Below, in pieces: positions 1 to 9,216 of a stretch of 64,000 nucleotides of DNA. The position numbers and the translations under genes are program-made. The number at the start of each line of letters is the position of its first letter. Position 1 is the stretch's first letter. The notes beneath the pieces were generated by a model, which was given only the letters and a program-made list of their open reading frames with translations, was not told the origin of the DNA and did not search any database. The stretch comes from Gemmatimonadales bacterium (lineage in GTDB: Bacteria > Gemmatimonadota > Gemmatimonadetes > Gemmatimonadales > GWC2-71-9): contig JBBCJC010000001.1 in assembly GCA_037189525.1 (NCBI GenBank), positions 416,001 to 480,000 of the forward strand, written 5' to 3'.

Positions 1-1817
1 GGCAAGAGCCACGGCGCAATGGCGCGGTAATAGTCGACCAGGTCGCCCTTGGTGTATCCCTCGTCCGGCCAGAAGAGTTTCTTCAGATTGGAAAAGGCCA
101 CCGTTTTGGCGACAGGCGCTTCCTTGATCTCGTCGGAGGCTGCCTGCACCGGATCGGCTGCGTCCTCGGGCGGCGCGCTGGACCACCCCTGGCGATCGCA
201 CTGCTCGGGAGTCTTGTCGTCGCGCATCCGCAGGAAGGCGGGATGCCGCAGCAGCCCGTCCGGCGTCCATTCCCGGTATCGCACCTCCGCCACGAGGCGA
301 GGTTCCACCCAGGTGGTCGTTTTCGTTTCCGGTATCTGCTCGGCGGGAAGCGGCACGGCACCCGGCGAAGCAACCGGGCCGAGACAGGCCGGGGTCGGCC
401 GAATCAGGGGCACCAGTTCGGCATGATAGGACGCCAGCTGCGCTTCCGTGAAGCCGGTGCCCGCCCGGCCTGCATAGACGAGCTGCCCGTCGACCCGGTC
501 GGCCAGTTGCAACGCGCCGAAGCCGCCCCGGGAGCCTTTGGGCGACGTGAAGCCGACGACCACGAAATCCCCAGTCTGCTCCGCCTTGATCTTGCGCCAC
601 GCCGAGGTGCGGCCCGCCCGATACGGCGTGTCGGCCTGCTTGGCGATGATGCCCTCGACACCCAACGACACCACCTGCGCCAGCACCGCATCGCCTTCTC
701 GTTCGATGTGATCGAGATAGCGGATCGGTCCGAGTGGCGGAAGGATCATCCGGAGCAAGCGCTTACGCTCCGAGAGCGGAAGCGGGCGAAGGTCGAAGTC
801 CTCGAACCCGAGCAGATCGAACGCATAGTACGTGGCCGGCAGCTCGATCTCCGCCCGGCGCACATCAAGCGGCTTGCTCAGCAGTCCGCGGCGCTGCAGC
901 AGCGCGAAACTCGGCCGCCCCTTCCCGTCCAGGACCACCACTTCGCCGTCGAGCACGACGTGAGCCAAGGGCAGCGACCGAACGGCACGCGCCACTTCGG
1001 GAAAGGTCGCCGTATAGTCGCCGCCGCTCCGGGTCCGCAGAATGGATTCACCCGCCCGATGACATGCGATCAGGCGATACCCGTCCAGCTTGAGTTCGAA
1101 GAGCCAGCCGTCTTTGGTAAACGCCTCGTCCGCCGGCTCGGCCAGCATCACGCCGATCGTGTCGTCGACGACGCCTCGTGGCGCATTCAGGCGAATCAGC
1201 TCGTTGCGCAGGAGGTCGGCTGGAGTCCGCCCCGCCATCCAGTCTTCCACGGTGAGTCCGGATAGGACCGACTCCTGGGGGAAGTCCTCGCCCGGGTCCT
1301 TGGCCCACGCATCGCGCTCTTTGATGAGCAGCCAGTCGCGCTCGCTCTTCTTGATTTTGACCAGGGTCCAGCGGCCGCGCAGCTTATAGCCTCGGAACTC
1401 GAAGAGGAGCTTCCCCTTCTCCAGGCCGGCCCGCGGATCCTCGAGCGGCACCCACTCGCCCCGATCCCAAACGACGACCGCCCCGGCCCCGTAGTTCCCT
1501 TCGGGAATGATCCCTTCGAAATCGCCATACTCGAGCGGATGGTCTTCCACCCGGACCGCCAGGCGCTTATCGGAAAGGCTGTACGACGGCCCCCGGGGCA
1601 CCGCCCAGGATTTGAGGACCCCGTCCATCTCGAAGCGAAAATCGAAGTGGGTCTGCCGCGCGGCATGCTTGTGGACGACGAACAGGCCGCCGGCCTTGGG
1701 CCGAGCCGGGACGGCCACCCCGCCAAAGGGTTCGGGCGTGCGATCGGCCGAGCGCTTGGCTCGGTACGCGGCCAGCTGCTCCGCGGGCGAGAGGGGGGAC
1801 TGCTCGTCGTCGGCCAT
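1..1817 (-). CDS. ligD: DNA ligase D (phosphoesterase-ligase-polymerase), truncated by window edge
   Basis: Absent from the ORF track because it runs off the edge. Manual translation from ATG 1817 gives MADDEQ..YRAKRSADRTPEPFGG, FVVHKHAARQTHFDFRFEMDGVLKSWAVP (phosphoesterase), FELKLDGYR (ligase motif I), and KLFWPDEGYTKGDLVDYY (start of primase-polymerase). Divergent from ku. Confidence 0.95.
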   Translation of the reverse strand, partial: MADDEQSPLSPAEQLAAYRAKRSADRTPEPFGGVAVPARPKAGGLFVVHKHAARQTHFDFRFEMDGVLKSWAVPRGPSYSLSDKRLAVRVEDHPLEYGDFEGIIPEGNYGAGAVVVWDRGEWVPLEDPRAGLEKGKLLFEFRGYKLRGRWTLVKIKKSERDWLLIKERDAWAKDPGEDFPQESVLSGLTVEDWMAGRTPADLLRNELIRLNAPRGVVDDTIGVMLAEPADEAFTKDGWLFELKLDGYRLIACHRAGESILRTRSGGDYTATFPEVARAVRSLPLAHVVLDGEVVVLDGKGRPSFALLQRRGLLSKPLDVRRAEIELPATYYAFDLLGFEDFDLRPLPLSERKRLLRMILPPLGPIRYLDHIEREGDAVLAQVVSLGVEGIIAKQADTPYRAGRTSAWRKIKAEQTGDFVVVGFTSPKGSRGGFGALQLADRVDGQLVYAGRAGTGFTEAQLASYHAELVPLIRPTPACLGPVASPGAVPLPAEQIPETKTTTWVEPRLVAEVRYREWTPDGLLRHPAFLRMRDDKTPEQCDRQGWSSAPPEDAADPVQAASDEIKEAPVAKTVAFSNLKKLFWPDEGYTKGDLVDYYRAIAPWLL

Positions 1818-1924
1818 GGGGCGAAATATAGGGCCCGGACCCGGGCGACCGCCGGTGTGCGGGCTCGGGCATTCTCAGACGACTCCTCTTTCAGTAGCTT
1901 CCACGTCCTACGTGTGAGGAACTT

Positions 1925-2755
1925 ATGCCGGCCCGGTCCATCGGAACTGCCACGATTTCGTTCGGTCTCGTCTCCGTCCCGATCCACATCTATTCGTCGT
2001 CGGAGTCGTCGGCCGGGATTTCATTCAATCTGCTGCACAAGAAGTGCGGCACTCGGCTCAAGCAGCAATACATCTGCCCCAAGGACGAGGAAATCGTCCC
2101 CCGCGACCAGATGGTGAAGGGCTATGAGTTTGCCAAGGATCAATACGCGGTCTTTACCCCGGAAGAGATCAAGGCGCTCGACGAGAAAGCCACCAACACG
2201 ATCGATATCCTCGAGTTCGTTCCGCTCGATCAGGTCGACCGCCGCTACCTCGATAAGTCCTACTACCTGGGCCCCGACAAAGGCGGCGACCGCGCCTATC
2301 GCCTGCTTGGCAAAGCGCTGGAAGAGACCGGTCGAGCCGCGCTGGGCCAGTACGCAGCGCGGGGACGCCAGCACCTGGTCCTGCTCCGACCGCTCGACGG
2401 GGTGCTCTTGATGGAGCAACTCCACTACGCCGAAGAGCTCAAGCCCGCCACCGAAGTCCCGCTCGGCGAGGGAGACGTGAAAGCGGCGGAACTCAAGCTG
2501 GCCAAGCAGCTGATCGAGCAGGCCGCCACCGAGGAGTTCCATCCGGAGCGCTACAAGGACGAAGTGCGGAGCCGCGTGCTCGATGCGATCCAGAAGAAGG
2601 TCGAAGGCCACGAGATCACCGCCGAGCCTGCGCAGGATGCAGGCGGTAAGATCATCGACCTGATGGAAGCCCTGAAAGCCAGCCTGGCCCGGGGCGCCGA
2701 CGACGAGTCCGACGAGACCGACAAGAAGCGCGGCAAGAAGCGTCAGGCTTCGTGA
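1925..2755 (+). CDS. ku: Ku protein (NHEJ DNA end-binding)
   Basis: ARSIGTATISFGLVSVP, VKGYE, IIDLMEALKASL and a basic C-terminal tail; adjacent to ligD. Confidence 0.96.
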   Translation: MPARSIGTATISFGLVSVPIHIYSSSESSAGISFNLLHKKCGTRLKQQYICPKDEEIVPRDQMVKGYEFAKDQYAVFTPEEIKALDEKATNTIDILEFVPLDQVDRRYLDKSYYLGPDKGGDRAYRLLGKALEETGRAALGQYAARGRQHLVLLRPLDGVLLMEQLHYAEELKPATEVPLGEGDVKAAELKLAKQLIEQAATEEFHPERYKDEVRSRVLDAIQKKVEGHEITAEPAQDAGGKIIDLMEALKASLARGADDESDETDKKRGKKRQAS

Positions 2756-3474
2756 CCATCTGGCGCGTCGGCACCAGCGGATTTGCCTTCAAGGAGTGGA
2801 AGGGGCCCTTCTACCCGGCCAAGCTCAAGGACGCCGAGATGCTGCCGGCGTACGCGAGCCGCCTGCCGATGGTGGAGCTCAACAACACCTTCTACCGGAT
2901 GCCCCAGGAAAAGAACCTCCTGGCCTGGGCCGCGCAGGTCCCGGAGGAGTTCCGGTTTGCAGTCAAAGCCAACCAGCGGATCACCCACTACGCCCAACTG
3001 CGCGATACGGCGGAGACGGTTGCCTACCTGGCCAAGACCGTCTCCGTGCTGGGGCCGCGGCTCGGCCCCACCCTGTTTCAGCTCCCGCCGCATCTCAAGA
3101 AGGATCTCGATCGGCTCGAACGCTTCCTTACGGAGCTACCGAAACATTGGGCCGTTACGGTCGAGTTTCGCCACCAGAGCTGGTTCGACGACGACCGCGC
3201 CAGCCAGCTGCTGCGCGATCACGGCGTCGCGCTCTGCCTGTCGGACCAGCCCGACTGGCAGACCCCGCCGACGGCCACCGCCGATTGGGGATATGTGCGA
3301 CTCCACCGCTTCGACTATACCGAGGAGGAACTGTCGGATTGGAGCCGTCGCCTGAACGACTTCGGATGGTCTGAGGCGTATGTCGTCTTCAAACATGACC
3401 ATACCGCGGGCTCCGGACCTCTAGTAGCGGAGACAATGCTGCAGAAGCTCAAGGCCGTGCCTCTACGGTCCTAG
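2752..3474 (+). CDS. DUF72 domain protein
   Basis: VGTSGF..W..FYP, VELNNTFY, LFQLPP, VEFRH, YVRLH; GTGA overlap with the ku stop. Confidence 0.92.
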   Translation: MTIWRVGTSGFAFKEWKGPFYPAKLKDAEMLPAYASRLPMVELNNTFYRMPQEKNLLAWAAQVPEEFRFAVKANQRITHYAQLRDTAETVAYLAKTVSVLGPRLGPTLFQLPPHLKKDLDRLERFLTELPKHWAVTVEFRHQSWFDDDRASQLLRDHGVALCLSDQPDWQTPPTATADWGYVRLHRFDYTEEELSDWSRRLNDFGWSEAYVVFKHDHTAGSGPLVAETMLQKLKAVPLRS

Positions 3475-3485
3475 CCAATACCACT

Positions 3486-6395
3486 CTAGCCAAGCATGAT
3501 CCGCTCCGGCATAAGCCCCATCTCGTCCAGAAACTGGTGACCGCCGGTGACACGCCCTTCGCGAGCCTCGACCCGCGTCATCACCAGCCGATCCTTGGCC
3601 CGCGTCATTCCAACGTACAGCACCCGCCGCGCCTCTTCGACTTCTGCCAGACTGGGCGCCCGCCCCGAAGGACCACCCGGCATCTCGGTATCTTCGACGC
3701 CCACGATGTAGACCCGCGAAAACTCGAGCCCCTTGGTCGAGTGCAATGTGAGCAGGTTGACCCGCCCGGGGTCCGCTTCCGTTCCGTCACTGCGCGACAA
3801 TGCAGCCAGACCGAGAAACTCGGTCACCTGCGCATCCAACCCGGTCGTTTCCAGCCCCTCCAGGAGCCGCCGCACTCTGGCCATCGCCGCCGGATAGCGC
3901 TGCTCCGAACTCCGCTCGGCGCGAATCCGGAGCATCCGTTGCTGCCCGCCCAGCCGCTCGATGACCTCCTCCAGGGTCGGCGCCGGCGCCGCCCGCGCCC
4001 GCTCACGCTCGCCGCGGTAAAAATCGAGACAGGTGCTGTATCGGCCCAGCGCATAGACCGCTGTCTGCTCCTTGAGCATCACCGCTTCGGGCGTCAATGC
4101 TTCGGGGTCGACCAGCGCCAGCACCAGCCCCAGATAATCGAGGGCGTTCGACAGCGTGACCCGCCGCTGCCGCGAGATCCGTTCTTCCTCGAGCTTCCGG
4201 AACACCTTGGCCAGCGTCCGCACGTCCCACAGCGCCTTGTGCGGATCGCCGGGGTCGATGCCGAAGCGATCGGCCAGGAGTTCCAGCTTGGCACTTCCAA
4301 CCCGAAGCGCCCGAGCCAGCGGAAGCGTGTCGTACGTCGCGAACTCGGCGCCCGACATCCGCCTCAAGATCGGGAAGTCGAAGCTGTATCCGTTGTGGGC
4401 GACCAACACATCGTCACCCAGGAAACCCCGGAGTGCCGGCCAGATCTCCTCGAAGTACGGAGCCTCCGCCAGATCCTGTTCCGAATAGCCGTGAGTCCGC
4501 GCCGCACCAGGCGCCACCGGGATCCTCGGTCTGACCAGCCGATGGAACTCCTCGACTCCCTCCCAGTCCCGCACCCGGAGCGCCGCCACTTCGACGATCT
4601 CGGCCGTCGCTGCATCTTTATCCGTCGTCTCCAGGTCGATCACGACGAAATCGCGGAAGGTCTCGCTCGACCTGACCTGCACCAGCTGCAGCGCCTTGAA
4701 TACCGTGAGCGCAAACCCGAGCTCACCTCCGACCGACGGATCCAGCACGAAGTCGCCGGGCTCGGAAGTGCCGACCAGCGAGAGGTAATCGACCCAGCGG
4801 AATCCGGCCGCCCCCAGCAAGCCTGCCAGACCGATCTCGAGCCCTTGCATCGGCGGCAGCAGCACCCGCCTGCACTCGGTGCGCACCGTGAGGAGCACTT
4901 CCGCCAGGTGACGAACAGCGCCCGATGCGGCGGGATCGCTGAGCTCTTCGGCATGTTCCTCGAGCAGGGTTCGGTATTCGCCCACCCGTTGCGACAGCAC
5001 TTCGTCGATCAAGCCGGGCAGCTCTTCATGCCGGCGCGGCAAGCTCGCCAGATTGCTCATCGTGGCCAGCGCCCGCCGGATCTTGCGTCCCTCTTCATCG
5101 GCCGGAGGCAACTCGGCCGACTTACGGCGGAGATGGGTGACCAGGTCGACGGACGCAGCATCCGCCTGCTTCCTGAGCATGTCGAGCAGCGCACCAGGCA
5201 GCACGCGCCGGATGAACAGCTCGCTCATGATCGGATCGCTCGGGAAGGCAACCACACCGAGTGCCGCAATCAGGTAGCCCACCACGGGGTCGTCCGACAG
5301 GGCACGCCCATGCGCCATCCGGCACGGCACGCCGGCCCGCATCAATGCTCCCTCCAGCGAGTCGCCGATCGCGTGTTTGCGATAGAGGATCGCGTACGCT
5401 CCCCACGGCAGGCCCGACTCGGCGCGATCGCGCTTGAGATCGGCCAGCAACCAGCGCAGCTCGGTCAGATCTTCGCCGAATGACTTAGCTTCGACGGGGT
5501 ACGCCGTTTCCCGGCTGGCAACGACCCGCTTCTCCTCGAGCAACGGCGCGTTACAAGCCACCAGCGTACGCGCAACGTCGAAAATCTGCCGCGCCGTACG
5601 CCGATTCTCGTCGAGCACGACATGACGCGTCACGCCGAAGTCATTCATGAAGCGGAGGATGACCTGCGGATCGGCCCCGGTCCACGAAAAGATCGACTGC
5701 TCGTCATCGCCGACCGCGAAGATGTTCCGATGCCCCTCCGCCAGCCGCCGGATCACGGTGTACTGCAACGTATTGAGGTCTTGGAACTCGTCGACCAGGA
5801 GGTAGTCCCACTGCCCCGCCACCTCGCGGCACACTTCGGGGTAGTCGGTGAGTAGACCGGCGGTCAGGACGACCAGGTCGTCGAAATCGACCATACGGAA
5901 CTTGGCGAGGCGTTCTTTGTACCGGGCAAACAACGCTTCGTCTTCCGGTTTGAGCGCCTGGCCGGTCATCCGGTGCAACCCGAACCGGGACAGCGTCGGT
6001 CCACGCATCCGCGGCGGAACGTGCAGCCGGCCCAGCACCGCCTTCTGATAATCCTCATCGGCAATCCCAAAGCCGCGCTCCAGGCCGAGCACGCCGCCGT
6101 GCTTGCGGAGGATGGTGACGCAGAGGGAGTGGATGGTCGATCGGGTCACGGCCTCCGCAGAGTCGCCCACCTCACGACTCAGACGGGAGGCCACTTCCTC
6201 CGCGGCCTTATTGGTGAAGGTGACCGCGCAAATCCGCTCGGGAGGAATCCTGTGGTGCTGGATCAGGAAGCGGATTCGTTCGATCAGGCAGTAGGTCTTG
6301 CCTGCGCCGGGGCCCGCGAGCACCAGCAGGGGGCCAAGCGCTGCCTCGATCGCGCTCAGTTGCGCAGCGGACGGAACGATCGGATCAGACGTCAC
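3486..6395 (-). CDS. UvrD/PcrA-family SF1 helicase with internal DEDDh 3'-5' exonuclease domain
   Basis: Helicase motifs AGPGAGKT, TFTNKAA, VDEFQD, VGDDEQSI, TLHSTKGLEF, YVGMTRA; exonuclease motifs IDLETT, AHNGYSFD, YDTL, HKALWD. Confidence 0.93.
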   Translation of the reverse strand: MTSDPIVPSAAQLSAIEAALGPLLVLAGPGAGKTYCLIERIRFLIQHHRIPPERICAVTFTNKAAEEVASRLSREVGDSAEAVTRSTIHSLCVTILRKHGGVLGLERGFGIADEDYQKAVLGRLHVPPRMRGPTLSRFGLHRMTGQALKPEDEALFARYKERLAKFRMVDFDDLVVLTAGLLTDYPEVCREVAGQWDYLLVDEFQDLNTLQYTVIRRLAEGHRNIFAVGDDEQSIFSWTGADPQVILRFMNDFGVTRHVVLDENRRTARQIFDVARTLVACNAPLLEEKRVVASRETAYPVEAKSFGEDLTELRWLLADLKRDRAESGLPWGAYAILYRKHAIGDSLEGALMRAGVPCRMAHGRALSDDPVVGYLIAALGVVAFPSDPIMSELFIRRVLPGALLDMLRKQADAASVDLVTHLRRKSAELPPADEEGRKIRRALATMSNLASLPRRHEELPGLIDEVLSQRVGEYRTLLEEHAEELSDPAASGAVRHLAEVLLTVRTECRRVLLPPMQGLEIGLAGLLGAAGFRWVDYLSLVGTSEPGDFVLDPSVGGELGFALTVFKALQLVQVRSSETFRDFVVIDLETTDKDAATAEIVEVAALRVRDWEGVEEFHRLVRPRIPVAPGAARTHGYSEQDLAEAPYFEEIWPALRGFLGDDVLVAHNGYSFDFPILRRMSGAEFATYDTLPLARALRVGSAKLELLADRFGIDPGDPHKALWDVRTLAKVFRKLEEERISRQRRVTLSNALDYLGLVLALVDPEALTPEAVMLKEQTAVYALGRYSTCLDFYRGERERARAAPAPTLEEVIERLGGQQRMLRIRAERSSEQRYPAAMARVRRLLEGLETTGLDAQVTEFLGLAALSRSDGTEADPGRVNLLTLHSTKGLEFSRVYIVGVEDTEMPGGPSGRAPSLAEVEEARRVLYVGMTRAKDRLVMTRVEAREGRVTGGHQFLDEMGLMPERIMLG

Positions 6396-6404
6396 GCAGG
6401 CAAT

Positions 6405-7088
6405 TTACCGGATCACCCCCGCCACCGACCGCATCCAATTCGACGCAACCCGGGCCAGTTCGACGATGATTTCCTGATTGGTTCGGCCGGTTCGCTTGAG
6501 CACCGCAAAGGCGTGATCGGCCCCGTCGATCTCGTGAAGCGTGGCCGTCCGGGGCAACCCGGCAACGACGCCGCGGATCAGCTCGGTCTGAGCCAGCTCG
6601 TCGCGAGTGCCCTGCAGAAAGAGCATCGGAATCCGGACCTGGCCGAGATGCTCTGCGCGACCGATGGCCGGCCGCTTGGCCGGATGCAGCGGAAAGCCCA
6701 GAAAGACGATCCCCGAAACCCCAGCCAGGGGAGAGTCGGCCTGCGCGGTCGAGGTCATCCGTCCGCCGAAGGACTTGCCACCCGCAAAGAGAGGTCGGGC
6801 ACCGGCCAGTTGCTCCGCAGCAAGGGTAACTGCGCGCACCGCCGCGGTCGCTACCGCGGGTGAGTCAGGCCGTCCTGCGCGCGCCTCCATGTAGGGGAAC
6901 TGATAGCGCAGCGTCGCGACGCCGGCTTCGGCAAACGCCAGCGCCATGGCGGCCATGAACGAGTGGGTCATCCCCGCCCCCGCTCCATGCGCGAGGACAT
7001 ACACGCAATCCGCGCCCGGGGGGTCGAGCCACAGTCCCGACACCGCCCCCTGCGGCGTCTCGATCAGAACGGGCTCGGCCGCCGTCAC
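6405..7088 (-). CDS. alpha/beta hydrolase (KANL3/Tex30-like)
   Basis: LAHGAGA, GGKSFGGR, GFPLHP, QGTRD, ADH. Confidence 0.88.
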   Translation of the reverse strand: MTAAEPVLIETPQGAVSGLWLDPPGADCVYVLAHGAGAGMTHSFMAAMALAFAEAGVATLRYQFPYMEARAGRPDSPAVATAAVRAVTLAAEQLAGARPLFAGGKSFGGRMTSTAQADSPLAGVSGIVFLGFPLHPAKRPAIGRAEHLGQVRIPMLFLQGTRDELAQTELIRGVVAGLPRTATLHEIDGADHAFAVLKRTGRTNQEIIVELARVASNWMRSVAGVIR

Positions 7089-8053
7089 TTCGTCCGCGCC
7101 AGCACGGAGTCGAGCAGGGCAATCAGCCCCGCCCGATCCAGCGTGTGTCGTTGCCGCTGATTCATTTCTACCGCGCGCTCGATCGCCCTGCGCACCGCGA
7201 AGTGCGACTGCCCCGCCGTGGGCGCCACGAGATAGCGTAGCTTGGGCGTGGCGTCGGTCAAGGCATGCTCGACCGCCTCCGCGACCTCGGTGGGCTCGGG
7301 ATAGCGCGATTCACCGGCGGGGTCGAAACTCTGGACCATGCGCTGATATTGCGCTTCGAAGCGCGATCCGGCCGTCGTCTTGTTCTGCTCCCGCCAGCGC
7401 TGCATCACGTTGGCCGACATGCTGGAGCGGTAGCGGCCCGGCTCCACCAGGCTCACACTGACGCCGAGCGGCCCCATCTCCGCGGCAAGCGCATCGGTGT
7501 ACGCCTCCATGGCGTGCTTGCTCATGGCGTAGGGCCCCGAGAACGCACCGGCGACGATGCCATTGATCGAACCGATCGTGACCAGCCGGCCCTTGTTCTC
7601 GATCACCATCGGCGCAAACGCTTTGTTGATCCGGATCGGACCATACACGTTGACATCGAACTGGAACTGGAGATCGCCCAGGTCCGCTTCGATCATCGGG
7701 GCAAAGATCGCGACTCCGGCATTGTTGACCACGCCATGGAGGCGACGGCCCTCGCGGCGGACCGTTGCCACAGCGGCATCGATGTCCGCGTCACTGGTGA
7801 CATCCAGGCGAAGTCCTTTGACATTGGGGATGGCATCCAACGCCCTGATGTCCTCGGGCGACCGCGCCCCGGCATAGACGAAATAACCCTTCCCCGCAAG
7901 GCGTTCGGTGATGGCCCGACCGATTCCCGAACTCGCCCCGGTTACCAGAATCGCCCTTCCCGCGGAGGGTGCAGCCTGGGCGTCGAGAGGCTCGACTTGA
8001 ACGGACACGAGGCTCGAGAATCCGAGAATGGATAGCAACAACCGCGTTTTCAT
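7085..8053 (-). CDS. SDR family NAD(P)-dependent oxidoreductase with N-terminal signal peptide
   Basis: TGASSGIG, NNAG, YAMSK; start moved to ATG 8053 (MKTRLLLSILGF). Confidence 0.9.
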   Translation of the reverse strand: MKTRLLLSILGFSSLVSVQVEPLDAQAAPSAGRAILVTGASSGIGRAITERLAGKGYFVYAGARSPEDIRALDAIPNVKGLRLDVTSDADIDAAVATVRREGRRLHGVVNNAGVAIFAPMIEADLGDLQFQFDVNVYGPIRINKAFAPMVIENKGRLVTIGSINGIVAGAFSGPYAMSKHAMEAYTDALAAEMGPLGVSVSLVEPGRYRSSMSANVMQRWREQNKTTAGSRFEAQYQRMVQSFDPAGESRYPEPTEVAEAVEHALTDATPKLRYLVAPTAGQSHFAVRRAIERAVEMNQRQRHTLDRAGLIALLDSVLARTK

Positions 8054-8247
8054 CTGATGCCATTGGTTAAGGGGAGGTCCGCGTGCGAATGTTAGTAACC
8101 GGATCCCAACCCGTCGAGTGACACAGCTCCCATCGATTCGATCGGTAACCCGACCCGCCGGCGCCCGCAGGTCGGACGGAACCAGTCGCCTTGTGTACCG
8201 CAGTACCGGGCGCGAACTTGGCTTCCTACCTCCCCCGACAGGGACCA

Positions 8248-9078
8248 GTGCTCGCGCAGACGAACCACCACAAAGCCGTGAGCCGCCTCGCGCTGCTGAT
8301 GGCAACCGTAGCGCCTGTCGCGGTTGCCCAGCAGGGAGCCGCACAGACGCTGATTCACGGTACCGTGCGCGGCAGCGGGCGTCCGCTGCCCGCCGCCGAG
8401 GTGCGGCTCGACCCGGACGGCCTGTCGGCCCGTACCGACTCGTCCGGCGCCTATCGATTCACCGTTGCGAAGGGTGGCGTCACCCGACTTTTCGTGCGCG
8501 CAGTGGGATTCTACCCCGCCAGCCGCAACATCCTGGTGGTTGCAAATGACACCGTTGAAAGCGATTTCACGCTCGACCCGGTAGCGCAGCAACTGGACTC
8601 GATCAGTGTCGAAGCCCGAGGTGTTACGGTGCGCGGGAAAATGTCAGCCTTCGAGGAACGTCGGCGCACCGGCATCGGCAGGTTCTACACTCGCGAGATG
8701 CTTGCGACACGGGAACACTCGACCATGGCCGACGTACTTCGAATGACGTCAGGACTGCGGTTGATCCGGCGACCCGACGCCTGCGGCGGTGGCTTTGCGG
8801 TTGCCACGGGACGAGGAGGCGTGGTTCGATCGGAACGCTGGATGGAATGCCGCCCCAGCGGGCCCAAAATGGAACCGGCGTGTTACGTCACCCTCTACCT
8901 CGACGGCGCGAGATATTGGACGCCAGGCCAGACTCCGCCCCCCGACATCAACAGCCTCCAGGTCGGAGGCATTCAGGCCATCGAGGCCTATCGCGGCGCG
9001 GCGGAAACGCCCACCCAGTACCAGATGACCGGTACGGTCTGCGGTGTCCTTCTTCTCTGGACCCGAGACGGGTCGTAA
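8248..9078 (+). CDS. secreted carboxypeptidase-regulatory-like domain plus TonB plug-like domain protein (no barrel)
   Basis: Signal-like N-terminus, ARTDSSGAYRF, FEERRRTGIGRF, YLDG, AIEAYRG, CGVLLLWT. Start uncertain (8248 or 8278). Confidence 0.7.
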   Translation: MLAQTNHHKAVSRLALLMATVAPVAVAQQGAAQTLIHGTVRGSGRPLPAAEVRLDPDGLSARTDSSGAYRFTVAKGGVTRLFVRAVGFYPASRNILVVANDTVESDFTLDPVAQQLDSISVEARGVTVRGKMSAFEERRRTGIGRFYTREMLATREHSTMADVLRMTSGLRLIRRPDACGGGFAVATGRGGVVRSERWMECRPSGPKMEPACYVTLYLDGARYWTPGQTPPPDINSLQVGGIQAIEAYRGAAETPTQYQMTGTVCGVLLLWTRDGS

Positions 9079-9216
9079 CCGCCCCTTCTGCCCTGGCTCT
9101 GTTCCCGACCGGGCGGACCGAGTCTGGCGCCAGGTCATCGACAGGAATGGACGATTGGGTTACCATCCGGGACTGTATACAAATTGGCATCCAAACCCCG
9201 GATCGAGGTTGACCTC

